A stretch of 55,509 nt of DNA from a virus (Duplodnaviria > Caudoviricetes): the IMG/VR virus record IMGVR_UViG_3300046413_000510, positions 1 to 55,509 of that record; one strand, given 5' to 3'. Position 1 is the stretch's first letter, and each line of letters begins with the position of its first letter. A program made the translations under genes and the position numbers. A model generated the notes under the pieces. The model worked only from the letters and a program-made list of their open reading frames with translations. It ran no database searches and had not been told where the DNA came from. Shown piece by piece: positions 29,460 through 38,107 of the stretch.

Positions 29460-29684
29460 TTACTTGATACGTAATACCTTATGTACAAACCATTTAAGAA
29501 AGCTTTTGATATAACCATTTACCCACTTATTCATAAAGTATCTAAAGAACCTTACTACAATTAGAATAGGGCTTGAAAGAACATCAAACGCAACTAATCC
29601 AATATCTACTAATAAATCTATCCAATGGTCAACGGTATTCCATTCTTTAAACTTTTGCCATTTAGTCCTAATCTTTTGAAACAT
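29460..29684 (-). CDS. Small membrane-associated hypothetical protein
   Basis: 74 aa, SD GGAGG, amphipathic/hydrophobic. Confidence 0.65.
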   Translation of the reverse strand: MFQKIRTKWQKFKEWNTVDHWIDLLVDIGLVAFDVLSSPILIVVRFFRYFMNKWVNGYIKSFLKWFVHKVLRIK

Positions 29685-29778
29685 ATTTTTACCCTCCGAT
29701 ATATGTTTTATGGATGTTATTGCATTTATAGTTTAGAGTTTTACTTTGCTTTTTTAATAGCGCTTTTTCTGGAGATTT

Positions 29779-30885
29779 TTACTCATTCAAGTCAATTCTA
29801 TTTGCCAATACTTTAAACGTCTGACCTGTATGTAAAACGGCCTGTGTAGTGTTAGATGTTTTGGTCTTTGAAATGGTCTCTTTGTAATCGCCTCGTACAT
29901 CTAAATTCATATTACCATCTACTTTAATATTGTAATCACCACCAACATTGGTATTTAACTGGCCATCTTTGACTACCACATTTAGGTTGCCTTTATCTAC
30001 CTGTATGTTAATATTAGCATTAGGGCCAACTTGTATATCATAGTGGTTATCTGTTTGACCGTCTTTGTTAATATAAAGTTTATGTCGGCCACCTATGGTA
30101 ATATCAGATTGGCCATCAATACTTGCTTGACTTTTGCCGTAGGTTATGGTATAATGGTCACCTTTTATAATGTCGGTCTTTGTACCATTTGGTGATATTT
30201 CGTAAGAGGTGCCTGTTCTATGCGCCTCGTAAATTCTTTCATTGCCTTTTGTGTCATCATACTCTACAATATGGCCACTCTCTGATTCGTAAACGTGGTT
30301 ATATGGATAAACGGCCGCATAAGGTATAGCAGGCTGATTCCAAGTATCACCATCAGAGGCCGCAATCTCTGTGCTTACGTGGTCTGTAATAGTAACCAAA
30401 TCAAAGTCGGCCGTTGGGACTCCGGTGATACGTGATAGTTTACGCAACTCTAATGACAAATGAGGATTAGCACCATTAACGGCCAATCTATTGGTATCAG
30501 GCTCATCTTTATATTTTGGGTAAATGGTATTTGGGTCATAGAAACCTTTACCGGCCTTTGCGAGCTCCGCTGGGACACCTGGCAAACTGCCCAAGACCAT
30601 TGGCTCTTGACAATCTTCGCCGTCTCTAAAGTACCCAAAAACCCACGTACCTTCTACAAGAAAACTTGGCGACTGACCTAATCCTGAAATGGCCGCTGAT
30701 GTAGTAGGCAATACGCATTGCGCCCAAGGTAAGTCCGAAGTCGGTAAAACGGTAATGTCCTGCGTATGAAGGCCAACACAACGTACTCGCACTCGGCCTA
30801 GTTTCTGTGGGTCTTGTCTGTCTTCAACTACGCCGTTAAACCAGATGAAACCGTTAAACCCTAAATAATTTTTATCGTATCTCAT
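29779..30885 (-). CDS. gp5: Baseplate hub/spike protein gp5 (OB-fold + beta-helix, no lysozyme domain)
   Basis: WFNGVVEDRQDP.KLGRVRVRC, LPWA, GTWVFGYFRDG, YPYNHVYESESGH..EYDDT.G.ERI, VxG repeats, RIDLN end. Confidence 0.93.
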   Translation of the reverse strand: MRYDKNYLGFNGFIWFNGVVEDRQDPQKLGRVRVRCVGLHTQDITVLPTSDLPWAQCVLPTTSAAISGLGQSPSFLVEGTWVFGYFRDGEDCQEPMVLGSLPGVPAELAKAGKGFYDPNTIYPKYKDEPDTNRLAVNGANPHLSLELRKLSRITGVPTADFDLVTITDHVSTEIAASDGDTWNQPAIPYAAVYPYNHVYESESGHIVEYDDTKGNERIYEAHRTGTSYEISPNGTKTDIIKGDHYTITYGKSQASIDGQSDITIGGRHKLYINKDGQTDNHYDIQVGPNANINIQVDKGNLNVVVKDGQLNTNVGGDYNIKVDGNMNLDVRGDYKETISKTKTSNTTQAVLHTGQTFKVLANRIDLNE

Positions 30886-31124
30886 AAATTTTTCCGATAT
30901 TGCTCGCCTTTTAAAGCACTAAGCATACGCATTTTATTACCATTTAATAATTCCTTACGCAAACTGCTATTGTTAATACTTCTATACGCATACAACTTGC
31001 GATAGAGCGCCGTTAGAGCACGCTTGAAGGTCATTGTAATAGATAAACTCTGCGTATCTCTACGGTGGCCTGAGCGATAACCTGATATAATCTCGTTGGA
31101 TATCTCAAATACTTTCCCTATCAT
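30882..31124 (-). CDS. Hypothetical ORF of atypical composition
   Basis: 80 aa, ATGA overlap with the gp5 start. Codon usage unlike neighbours. Confidence 0.35.
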   Translation of the reverse strand: MIGKVFEISNEIISGYRSGHRRDTQSLSITMTFKRALTALYRKLYAYRSINNSSLRKELLNGNKMRMLSALKGEQYRKNL

Positions 31125-31127
31125 ATC

Positions 31128-31307
31128 TTACTCTACGGCCTCCTGTGTGGTATCTATATATTCGCCACTATGTATTCTATTATCTTTTATCACGGCTCTT
31201 TTAGGATAACCCTCTCGTCTGGCCTCTGAATTGCCCTCTGTATTGGCCTCCTTACACGCCGGAAGCGCCGGACTCAACGGATTCTCTGAGCCATTCTTAA
31301 ACATAGA
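31128..31307 (-). CDS. Hypothetical ORF of atypical composition
   Basis: MSMFKNG..., SD GAGGGAG, overlaps the end of the upstream gene. Confidence 0.35.
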   Translation of the reverse strand, partial: SMFKNGSENPLSPALPACKEANTEGNSEARREGYPKRAVIKDNRIHSGEYIDTTQEAVE

Positions 31308-32763
31308 CATCTCCCTCAAACTCCTTTAATTGTTCGTTGTATATATTAAACTTTGAAGTCTTGTCTTGACCTATGTTGGATAATGCCTCCTCCTCTGTCG
31401 GAAATGCACTCCTAACGCTGTCCTTTTGACATTCTAACACCATTTCGTGTCTTTGTGCTGATATATTAACTATATGTTTAATGGCCACTACTAGATAACG
31501 GCCACTAGAATAATTGTTTAATCCTTCGTCTGTAGCACTATCTTGTGGTTTTTTTACTTGTTGAGTAAATAATATTATATCACCTGCGTTGACCATTGTA
31601 TTACCATATACTAACAAGGTTAGATTATGATTTACCATACTCTGTTTAAAACTTGTTCTAATGCCTAATTTGCTTGACTTTGTGTCTTCATAGTCATTAT
31701 GTTTCTTGGTTGTATTGGTGTTTACCATTACCTTACTTTCATAGTGTTGATTTAGTGGTGTTCGTGTGTCTGCATACTCAACGCCTTCAGGATATAATAG
31801 ACCTGCCTCTTTTCTCATTTCATTATGTGGTTGTTTCTTACCCTCTTTTATATAATCAAAATTGGTAGTGGTAATAGTTTTATTAAATGCGTTATGACTT
31901 ATGACCTTGTTGGCATATAGTCCTTCGTTTATATTACCTAATACATCAACAGGTCTTTTGTAGTCATATCTTATTACACTAGATAATCTTCTTTCTACGT
32001 CTCGTACCTGTGGCATTTTTTCATTTTCAGTCACACTAGATATCATTGACGCAAACTTCCACCTTGGCGTAATCTCTGAGCCTATACTATTATATGCCAA
32101 CATACTGGCAACTGACCTAAAATAAAACCCTTGACTATTTTCATAAAAAACATAACCTGAATTATTAGGAAATTGTGATGGCACGGCACTCTTGGCCAAT
32201 AATGCGATTGCTCTATATGGTTTGAGGTTTGGTATTACTACCTTTGTATTTGTTGCCGTTGGTTCAAAGAAAAATGGTTTATTAGATTTTAAATAGTTTC
32301 TGATTATATCATTGACGGCATTTTCTACTGGACCTGCATATGCCTTACTTACTTTAGTAATAGAATTTCTATACATTTCAGGCGAACAAAAATATATAAT
32401 ATAACCTTGAGCCTTTGGTTGATTAGGGTCTTCTTGTACACTATCAACTTTATATATCTGCAATGGTACACCGGTCACGTCTGAATAATCATAACCTGAT
32501 ATACCTGGTGATTTAAATGTGAGTGAAAGTCTTTCTAAACCGGTAATAGGCAACACGGTTCTAATATCTTGCATATCATAAACAACAATTCTTCCCATTA
32601 CATTATTGGTCAAAATGTCTTCTCTTATTTCAAAGTTGACCAATATGCCTAATATATCAATACTAATCGGAAGTTTATCTTTATCGTGCCTGTATGATAG
32701 TATTCTGCACTCTTCTAAATTAAATTGCCCTGCTCGGTCAAATGTATCTCTGTCTGTTGCCAT
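31297..32763 (-). CDS. Baseplate hub protein (gp27-like)
   Basis: FEIREDI...LPITGLERL, YVFYENSQGFYFRS, VYGN..VNAGDII, SGRYLVVAIKH. Lies between gp53 and gp5. Confidence 0.75.
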   Translation of the reverse strand: MATDRDTFDRAGQFNLEECRILSYRHDKDKLPISIDILGILVNFEIREDILTNNVMGRIVVYDMQDIRTVLPITGLERLSLTFKSPGISGYDYSDVTGVPLQIYKVDSVQEDPNQPKAQGYIIYFCSPEMYRNSITKVSKAYAGPVENAVNDIIRNYLKSNKPFFFEPTATNTKVVIPNLKPYRAIALLAKSAVPSQFPNNSGYVFYENSQGFYFRSVASMLAYNSIGSEITPRWKFASMISSVTENEKMPQVRDVERRLSSVIRYDYKRPVDVLGNINEGLYANKVISHNAFNKTITTTNFDYIKEGKKQPHNEMRKEAGLLYPEGVEYADTRTPLNQHYESKVMVNTNTTKKHNDYEDTKSSKLGIRTSFKQSMVNHNLTLLVYGNTMVNAGDIILFTQQVKKPQDSATDEGLNNYSSGRYLVVAIKHIVNISAQRHEMVLECQKDSVRSAFPTEEEALSNIGQDKTSKFNIYNEQLKEFEGDVYV

Positions 32764-32767
32764 ATCA

Positions 32768-33307
32768 TTATTGTCTTATCAATAATCTAAATTCATCTAC
32801 AAATGCATTTAAATAATTAGGTGATAATAGTTTTATCTGTCTCTTTTCATCTTGTAATCTCGCTTCATATTGTAAGTTAGATACTGATTCAGCACCTGCC
32901 TCATCACTATTAACTTGAATTTTGTGTGTAAAATCAGCAGGTCCTTCGCCCTTTTGTTTACCACTTGATTGTGTTATTTCATAATGGTGTATGGCTTCAG
33001 GATTAGCGTACTTATCTTTTACAAATTGTTGAAAGTTATACTCATCTAATGGCCAATCGTGAAATCTATTGACTACATTATTTAATAAACATACAACCCA
33101 AAAATAATCTGTACTACCATATGCCTTGTAAGCAATTGTTTCAGGTGAATCACCTTCAGGCACTTCAACACTATCATATAGAGCTAAATTGTTTGCTATC
33201 TTACTTCTTACCTTTACTCTTCGCCATATATCGGTCACCTGTTTTAGGTTGCCACTTTGGCCAGATATGTTATAGTTGATAACAGGAAATTCGTTAAAAT
33301 ATTGCAT
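32768..33307 (-). CDS. gp53: Baseplate wedge protein gp53 (LysM-like)
   Basis: YFNEFPVINY, GDSPETIAYKAYGS..YFWVV.LLN...DWPL, HHYE. Confidence 0.92.
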   Translation of the reverse strand: MQYFNEFPVINYNISGQSGNLKQVTDIWRRVKVRSKIANNLALYDSVEVPEGDSPETIAYKAYGSTDYFWVVCLLNNVVNRFHDWPLDEYNFQQFVKDKYANPEAIHHYEITQSSGKQKGEGPADFTHKIQVNSDEAGAESVSNLQYEARLQDEKRQIKLLSPNYLNAFVDEFRLLIRQ

Positions 33308-34332
33308 TATGCCCCTTGTACGATATCTTGTTTAGTTATTATTCTGTCTTCTATAAATTGTACGGTCAATTGTGTGTGTACAGGTATGCCTGTGCCTTCA
33401 AAGAATGTCGCTTGACCATCAGGTGTATAATTTACCTGAACATCTGTACAATAACAGGCTGATATATGATTTAAGTTTGAGTTTCTTTCGCCATTGTACA
33501 TATAACTAATGTTAAAGTAATTAGGATTTTCAAAGAAACCTGAACCTAATGTACCACTTATACCTGGTGCTGAATTATATTTAAATATGTAAATAATATC
33601 TTCTACTGCTTTTGCCTCTTTAGGATTTCTAGGCCAAAAATCAAACGTGTAATTAAAACTTCTAAATTTTGGTGAGTCATAAAATTGTTCATTTCTAGGA
33701 TTAATTGCTACACCTGCTCTTTTTTGAATTAGTTTTATAGGGTCACCTGCACCTGTCATTGATATAACACTACCAACAAATTCAGACGCCTTGGTTACTG
33801 CAAAACTACCACCTGTTTTTAAAGCGGCAACTAACTTTTCTCCTTCTTCAGCAGATTCATATGCTTGTATAGCGGCCTCACCTGCACCTGCAATACCAGC
33901 AGTTTCAGGAGCATACTCTTGACCATAATCAACGGTAATTGTTGATGGCATATACAATGCTATTGCTGAATTTGATATCTTACCATCTGGTAACTTTGAC
34001 CTAAAACCTTGACTGCCTGGTTTAACACTCTTATTAATAAAATTACTAGTTTGAGGACTATACTTTAAAAAACCTGCTTCAAATATCATATAATGGCCTA
34101 ATTCATTAGAACCTAGGTCTAACGGATATTGTATTGGCGAAAATGATAATTTATTTGCTAATAGTTGTTGTGATGGTGAATCATCTATCTCAAATGGTGA
34201 CTTGTTTTTTAATTTAGCTGCAATTTTACCAGCATTAGCAGCACTTTCTTTTTGTCCAAAATTGGCCATTGCGCCTGATATGAACGGTTGTGCTAAACTA
34301 GAGATATGATTTTTTAAGTTCTTAAATGCCAT
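33307..34332 (-). CDS. gp48: Baseplate tail-tube cap gp48
   Basis: YPLDL, IALYMP, NPRNEQFY..P.FRSFNYTFDF.PRN..EA..V..II..FKY, VNYTPDG. Confidence 0.88.
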   Translation of the reverse strand: MAFKNLKNHISSLAQPFISGAMANFGQKESAANAGKIAAKLKNKSPFEIDDSPSQQLLANKLSFSPIQYPLDLGSNELGHYMIFEAGFLKYSPQTSNFINKSVKPGSQGFRSKLPDGKISNSAIALYMPSTITVDYGQEYAPETAGIAGAGEAAIQAYESAEEGEKLVAALKTGGSFAVTKASEFVGSVISMTGAGDPIKLIQKRAGVAINPRNEQFYDSPKFRSFNYTFDFWPRNPKEAKAVEDIIYIFKYNSAPGISGTLGSGFFENPNYFNISYMYNGERNSNLNHISACYCTDVQVNYTPDGQATFFEGTGIPVHTQLTVQFIEDRIITKQDIVQGA

Positions 34333-34333
34333 T

Positions 34334-34359
34334 TATAAATACCTTTACCAATATTTATA
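34334..34359. promoter_or_regulatory. Pair of T4-type late promoters for the divergent gp4 and gp48 genes
   Basis: TATAAATA on + at 34334-34341 (gp4) and on - at 34352-34359 (gp48). Confidence 0.75.
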
Positions 34360-34376
34360 TAGATTATAGGTGAGAA

Positions 34377-34808
34377 ATGGCAAAGAGTTATCAAGGATTA
34401 TATAGACCAACCAACCCAAAGAAATACGTAGGTGACGTTAAAAAGGTAGTGTATAGGTCATTACTAGAAAGACGGTTTATGCGTTATTGTGATTTAAATG
34501 ACAACGTGTTATTTTGGGCAAGTGAAGAATTACCAATTAGATATTTCAATCCAATAGACAAAAGATATCATAGATATTTTCCAGACTTTGTTGTAAAGAT
34601 GTCAACAAATAAGAAGTATATGATAGAGATAAAACCATCAAGACAAGTATCAAAACCAAAACCACCTAAAAAGAAAACCAAATCTTATATGCGTGAGAGT
34701 TTTGAGTATATCAAGAACCAAGCCAAATGGCAAGCGGCACAATCTTATTGTGAAGATAATGATTTAGAATTTAAATTGATTACTGAAAAAGATTTAGGCC
34801 AATATTAA
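34377..34808 (+). CDS. gp4: Head completion nuclease gp4 (TnsA-like)
   Basis: YRPTNPKKYVGD, YRSLLE..FM.YCD, WASEE, HRYFPDF, IEIKP, NQAKW.AA. Confidence 0.93.
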   Translation: MAKSYQGLYRPTNPKKYVGDVKKVVYRSLLERRFMRYCDLNDNVLFWASEELPIRYFNPIDKRYHRYFPDFVVKMSTNKKYMIEIKPSRQVSKPKPPKKKTKSYMRESFEYIKNQAKWQAAQSYCEDNDLEFKLITEKDLGQY

Positions 34809-36772
34809 GTGGCCATTCCCAATCTTAATGCAATAGGGTCAGTATCACTATTTAACTGATAGTTATTACTTTCTCTTTTTATAGAGGTTACAGAGGCGTC
34901 TGTTTTTTTAGCGTCAACGGCAATGTTGGTGCCTGGTTGTTCTTTTACTGCATTTGCTTTTGCTTGTTCTTGTAAAAATGCCTGACCTTGGTTGTTAATA
35001 CTTCTTTCAATTAAAGCTTTTAATCCTTCGGGGTCATCTTTGTACAACTTTTGTACATCTTTAAAATCAAATTGTAGACCCATTGTTGTGCCTAATTTAT
35101 CTAATTGCTTTTGTGCAAAGGCAGCTTTAGCATTAGCACTCGCTAACTCTTTTTGTGCGTCTGATTCGGCTCTCTCTATATCTGTATTGAAACCTAAATC
35201 AGCAATTTTACCCGCTAATGTTTTTTGTTGTTCTTTATCTTCCGTCTCTCTGGCCATTTTAGCATACATCAATGCTTCTTGAGCATTTGCTTGTCTTATC
35301 TGTGCCTTTTGTAAATCATTTTGTAAATCTTTTGCCTTTTCTAGTTGGTCACCACCAAATCCTTCTTTATTAAGAGCAATGTCTTGTATAGCACCACCAG
35401 TATTACCTGCTTTTACCTCTGCCTTAGCAAAGTTTTGTATTCTATCACTAAACGCTGACATTTTTTCAAATATATCTTTACTAGATTCACCAAAACCACC
35501 TTGACTTGCAATAGATTTTAATGACTCAATTGTATTGAAGAAGTTTCTTGATTTAGTTCTATCAGACATAATATCTCTTAATGCCTGGTCACTATAACCA
35601 ATTAATGTATCACCTAATGCTAACAATTTAGTTTGCATAGCTGTATCAGCAGTAAATTTTTCTACACCTTTTTGTTTCAATTGTTCTTGAGCTTCGTCTG
35701 TAGCAACAGAGGCTTCGCCTATTGCTGACAATTTACCTAATCTAATACCCATTTTTTCAAGTAAACTTTCTTCTTCTTTGGCAGCCCACTCACCCATTTG
35801 TTTACTTAATTTTTCTGTTGTATTTGCTAATTTCTCTAATGTCATTTCTTGGTATTCGTCTATCTTTTTTGTGATAAACATTGCACCTGCACCTAAAGCA
35901 ATTGCACCACCAATACCAATTAATACAGGTAATGAAGCTAAAGCAGTACCAAATGTTGCTACTGCACCTATTTTAGAACCAGCCAATAATGCACCAACTT
36001 TACCTGCTGTAAACATACCAGCAGCTGCTGTACCAATACCTGCTATTGCAAAATCTTTATCACTAACTTTTGAAGCGTCTAAATTACCACTAATAAACTT
36101 TGCTACTCTAGCAATATACGGCGTGGTTGCACCTATAACGGCACCAGGAATACCTGCAACACCAAAACCAACAGCAGCACCTGTTAATGAGTTTGCTATA
36201 TCTTTTTTACCTTGCTCTGTTAAATCTAATTCAAATTCGTTATTAAGATAGTTTATCAAAGGTGGACCTGCTACGGCTGCTAATGCACCATATAAACCAC
36301 CTTTTACTAGTTTAGTACCTAACATTGCACCTGCTGATTTTAAAGCGGCGCCTGATAGTAATGTTGTACCAAGACCAAGTGTCAAAAAATCTTTCATTTT
36401 ATCTAAACTCATACTTGAGGTTTCATCTTCACCTGTATTGACACCATTGCCGTCACCTCTTGTATTACCACCTAATCTTGCCTGTTCTTTTGCAAGTTCA
36501 GAGGCTTGGTCTCTTTCTCTTCTTTCTTTTTCTTCAGCTAAATTTAATTGTGATTGTAATATAAAACCAACTTGTTGAATACTCTCATAAGATTTTTTAC
36601 CATATTCTTTAATCTCATCCAGTAATTTAAAACCTGGTCTATTTTCAGGTTGTTCTTCATTTGTCAATATTTGTGGTGGAGGTGGTAACATAGCAGCTAC
36701 ATTGGTTAGTGATGAACCAACCTGTCTCTGCATTGTATTTACAATACCTTGAGCTGCTAATACGTCTGCCAT
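34805..36772 (-). CDS. Probable tape measure / tail length regulator (gp29-like)
   Basis: 655 aa, helical, Ala/Gly-rich hydrophobic middle. Lies downstream of gp26/gp51. Confidence 0.6.
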   Translation of the reverse strand: MADVLAAQGIVNTMQRQVGSSLTNVAAMLPPPPQILTNEEQPENRPGFKLLDEIKEYGKKSYESIQQVGFILQSQLNLAEEKERRERDQASELAKEQARLGGNTRGDGNGVNTGEDETSSMSLDKMKDFLTLGLGTTLLSGAALKSAGAMLGTKLVKGGLYGALAAVAGPPLINYLNNEFELDLTEQGKKDIANSLTGAAVGFGVAGIPGAVIGATTPYIARVAKFISGNLDASKVSDKDFAIAGIGTAAAGMFTAGKVGALLAGSKIGAVATFGTALASLPVLIGIGGAIALGAGAMFITKKIDEYQEMTLEKLANTTEKLSKQMGEWAAKEEESLLEKMGIRLGKLSAIGEASVATDEAQEQLKQKGVEKFTADTAMQTKLLALGDTLIGYSDQALRDIMSDRTKSRNFFNTIESLKSIASQGGFGESSKDIFEKMSAFSDRIQNFAKAEVKAGNTGGAIQDIALNKEGFGGDQLEKAKDLQNDLQKAQIRQANAQEALMYAKMARETEDKEQQKTLAGKIADLGFNTDIERAESDAQKELASANAKAAFAQKQLDKLGTTMGLQFDFKDVQKLYKDDPEGLKALIERSINNQGQAFLQEQAKANAVKEQPGTNIAVDAKKTDASVTSIKRESNNYQLNSDTDPIALRLGMAT

Positions 36773-36774
36773 AT

Positions 36775-36912
36775 TTAATTACCTTTTTTACAATCGTTGC
36801 AATGACAACTATTACAACATAATACTAAAACTTCTTTATTATCACCGTCTTTATATGTTTGTGTGCAAGTTTCACCACAATGTTGTTTATGTCCACAATT
36901 ATTACAAGACAT
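36775..36912 (-). CDS. 45-aa Cys/His-rich metallothionein-like microprotein (not in ORF track)
   Basis: MSCNNCGHKQHCGETCTQTYKDGDNKEVLVLCCNSCHCNDCKKGN*. TAATG-coupled to the upstream gene, ends 2 nt before the next ATG. Confidence 0.7.
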   Translation of the reverse strand: MSCNNCGHKQHCGETCTQTYKDGDNKEVLVLCCNSCHCNDCKKGN

Positions 36913-37193
36913 TATTTTTTTGCCTGTATTTTAGTTGATTTACCATTTACATATAAACCAAACCAGGCAGCGCCAGCACCAACAACTACTGATACAAAAC
37001 CAGCCTGTGCGTTATTTGGGGCTTCTAATGCCATAAACCAAGTCATAGTTTCATAGAATACTAGACCATATAGTACCATCATAAGTCTTGGTACGGTTCT
37101 CCAGTTTGATAAAAATTGAGGTAGTTCTTCTTTTAAAAACCACCATAGCCATTTGATTTTCTCAACGGCTGATTGTTTTGCTTCTTCTATCAT
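36912..37193 (-). CDS. Two-TM holin-like membrane protein
   Basis: WRTVPRLMMVLY...AGFVSVVVGAGAAWFGLYVN, basic C-terminal tail. Confidence 0.6.
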   Translation of the reverse strand: MIEEAKQSAVEKIKWLWWFLKEELPQFLSNWRTVPRLMMVLYGLVFYETMTWFMALEAPNNAQAGFVSVVVGAGAAWFGLYVNGKSTKIQAKK

Positions 37194-37318
37194 TTGTTTC
37201 TCTCCCTAGCCTTTTCGTTTTCCTCTTTGATATGAGTTACCAAAAGGTCTACATATATTTCCCTCTCCCAAGGTAGCATACCCTCTAACTCTGTTAGAGA
37301 ATATTTATGATGTTGCAT
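37190..37318 (-). CDS. gp51: Baseplate hub assembly catalyst gp51 (not in ORF track; probably entered by frameshift from gp26)
   Basis: MQHHKYSLTELEGMLPWEREIYVDLL motif. The frame stays open upstream to at least 37381. Confidence 0.85.
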   Translation of the reverse strand: MQHHKYSLTELEGMLPWEREIYVDLLVTHIKEENEKARERNK

Positions 37319-37347
37319 TAACGCAAAATTCACCTTAAAGTAATTCT

Positions 37348-38085
37348 CTAAGCTGTCGTGAGAGAGGGCAATACGAAAAAATCCTGTGCCCCTTTCATCA
37401 CTACCGTACTCTTTACTTTAGTTTTGGGATTCTCAATCTCAACTTCGTGTCTTAATTGAGGCATAGTCTCAAAAAAGTTATTAATTTTATCAAAAGCTTT
37501 TCTGTCTAAACTCTCTAAAAATTTATTCATTTCTTCTTTAGAATAATCATTAACTTGGTGTTGAGTTTCGCCCTCATATATTGAGTCAATACATTTAATA
37601 ATCATATCAAATAATTGATTTGTCTTCATACCTTTAACATTCAAAGCAGGGTCAACGGTATCAATAGTAGGATATTTCATAGTCATACCAATATTTTTAT
37701 CTTTATCAATAACAATATTGTTTGAGTGTTTATCATCTACTTGTACTTCTACCTTTGATAGGTCTACTTCGGTGTTTACATAAGTTTCTTTGTCATCTTG
37801 ACATAGTAATCTTACTTTTGCTACCTCACCAACTGACTTACTACGTATTTGCAAAAATACATATTCTAAATCAAATGTTGGTATTTTGCTGGCGTCTAAA
37901 GAACCAAACGTACAAGTATTAACAATCTCTTTGATTGCATTTTTAATTTCCTTGTCGTCTGAAGTCTCTAACGCTTGCAATAAAACCTTTTCTTCTTTTA
38001 CAAGAAATGGTCTGTATTTAACAACAATATCTGCTGAAGGTAACGTCAACTCATATGTCGCTGTTTCTAATATAGGCAATGCCAT
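37348..38085 (-). CDS. gp26: Baseplate hub assembly chaperone gp26
   Basis: MALP...YELTLPS, YRPFLVKEEK.LL, FDLEY.FLQIRSKSVGE, MKYP, FFETMP.L.H, G.QDFF. Confidence 0.93.
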   Translation of the reverse strand: MALPILETATYELTLPSADIVVKYRPFLVKEEKVLLQALETSDDKEIKNAIKEIVNTCTFGSLDASKIPTFDLEYVFLQIRSKSVGEVAKVRLLCQDDKETYVNTEVDLSKVEVQVDDKHSNNIVIDKDKNIGMTMKYPTIDTVDPALNVKGMKTNQLFDMIIKCIDSIYEGETQHQVNDYSKEEMNKFLESLDRKAFDKINNFFETMPQLRHEVEIENPKTKVKSTVVMKGAQDFFVLPSLTTA

Positions 38086-38107
38086 AATTTATCTCCTTTA
38101 TAATATA

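Noticed and set aside
34377-34808. TnsA-like endonuclease as a transposon or homing element
   Set aside because: Motifs and position match the core head-completion gene gp4. No transposon ends or partner genes.
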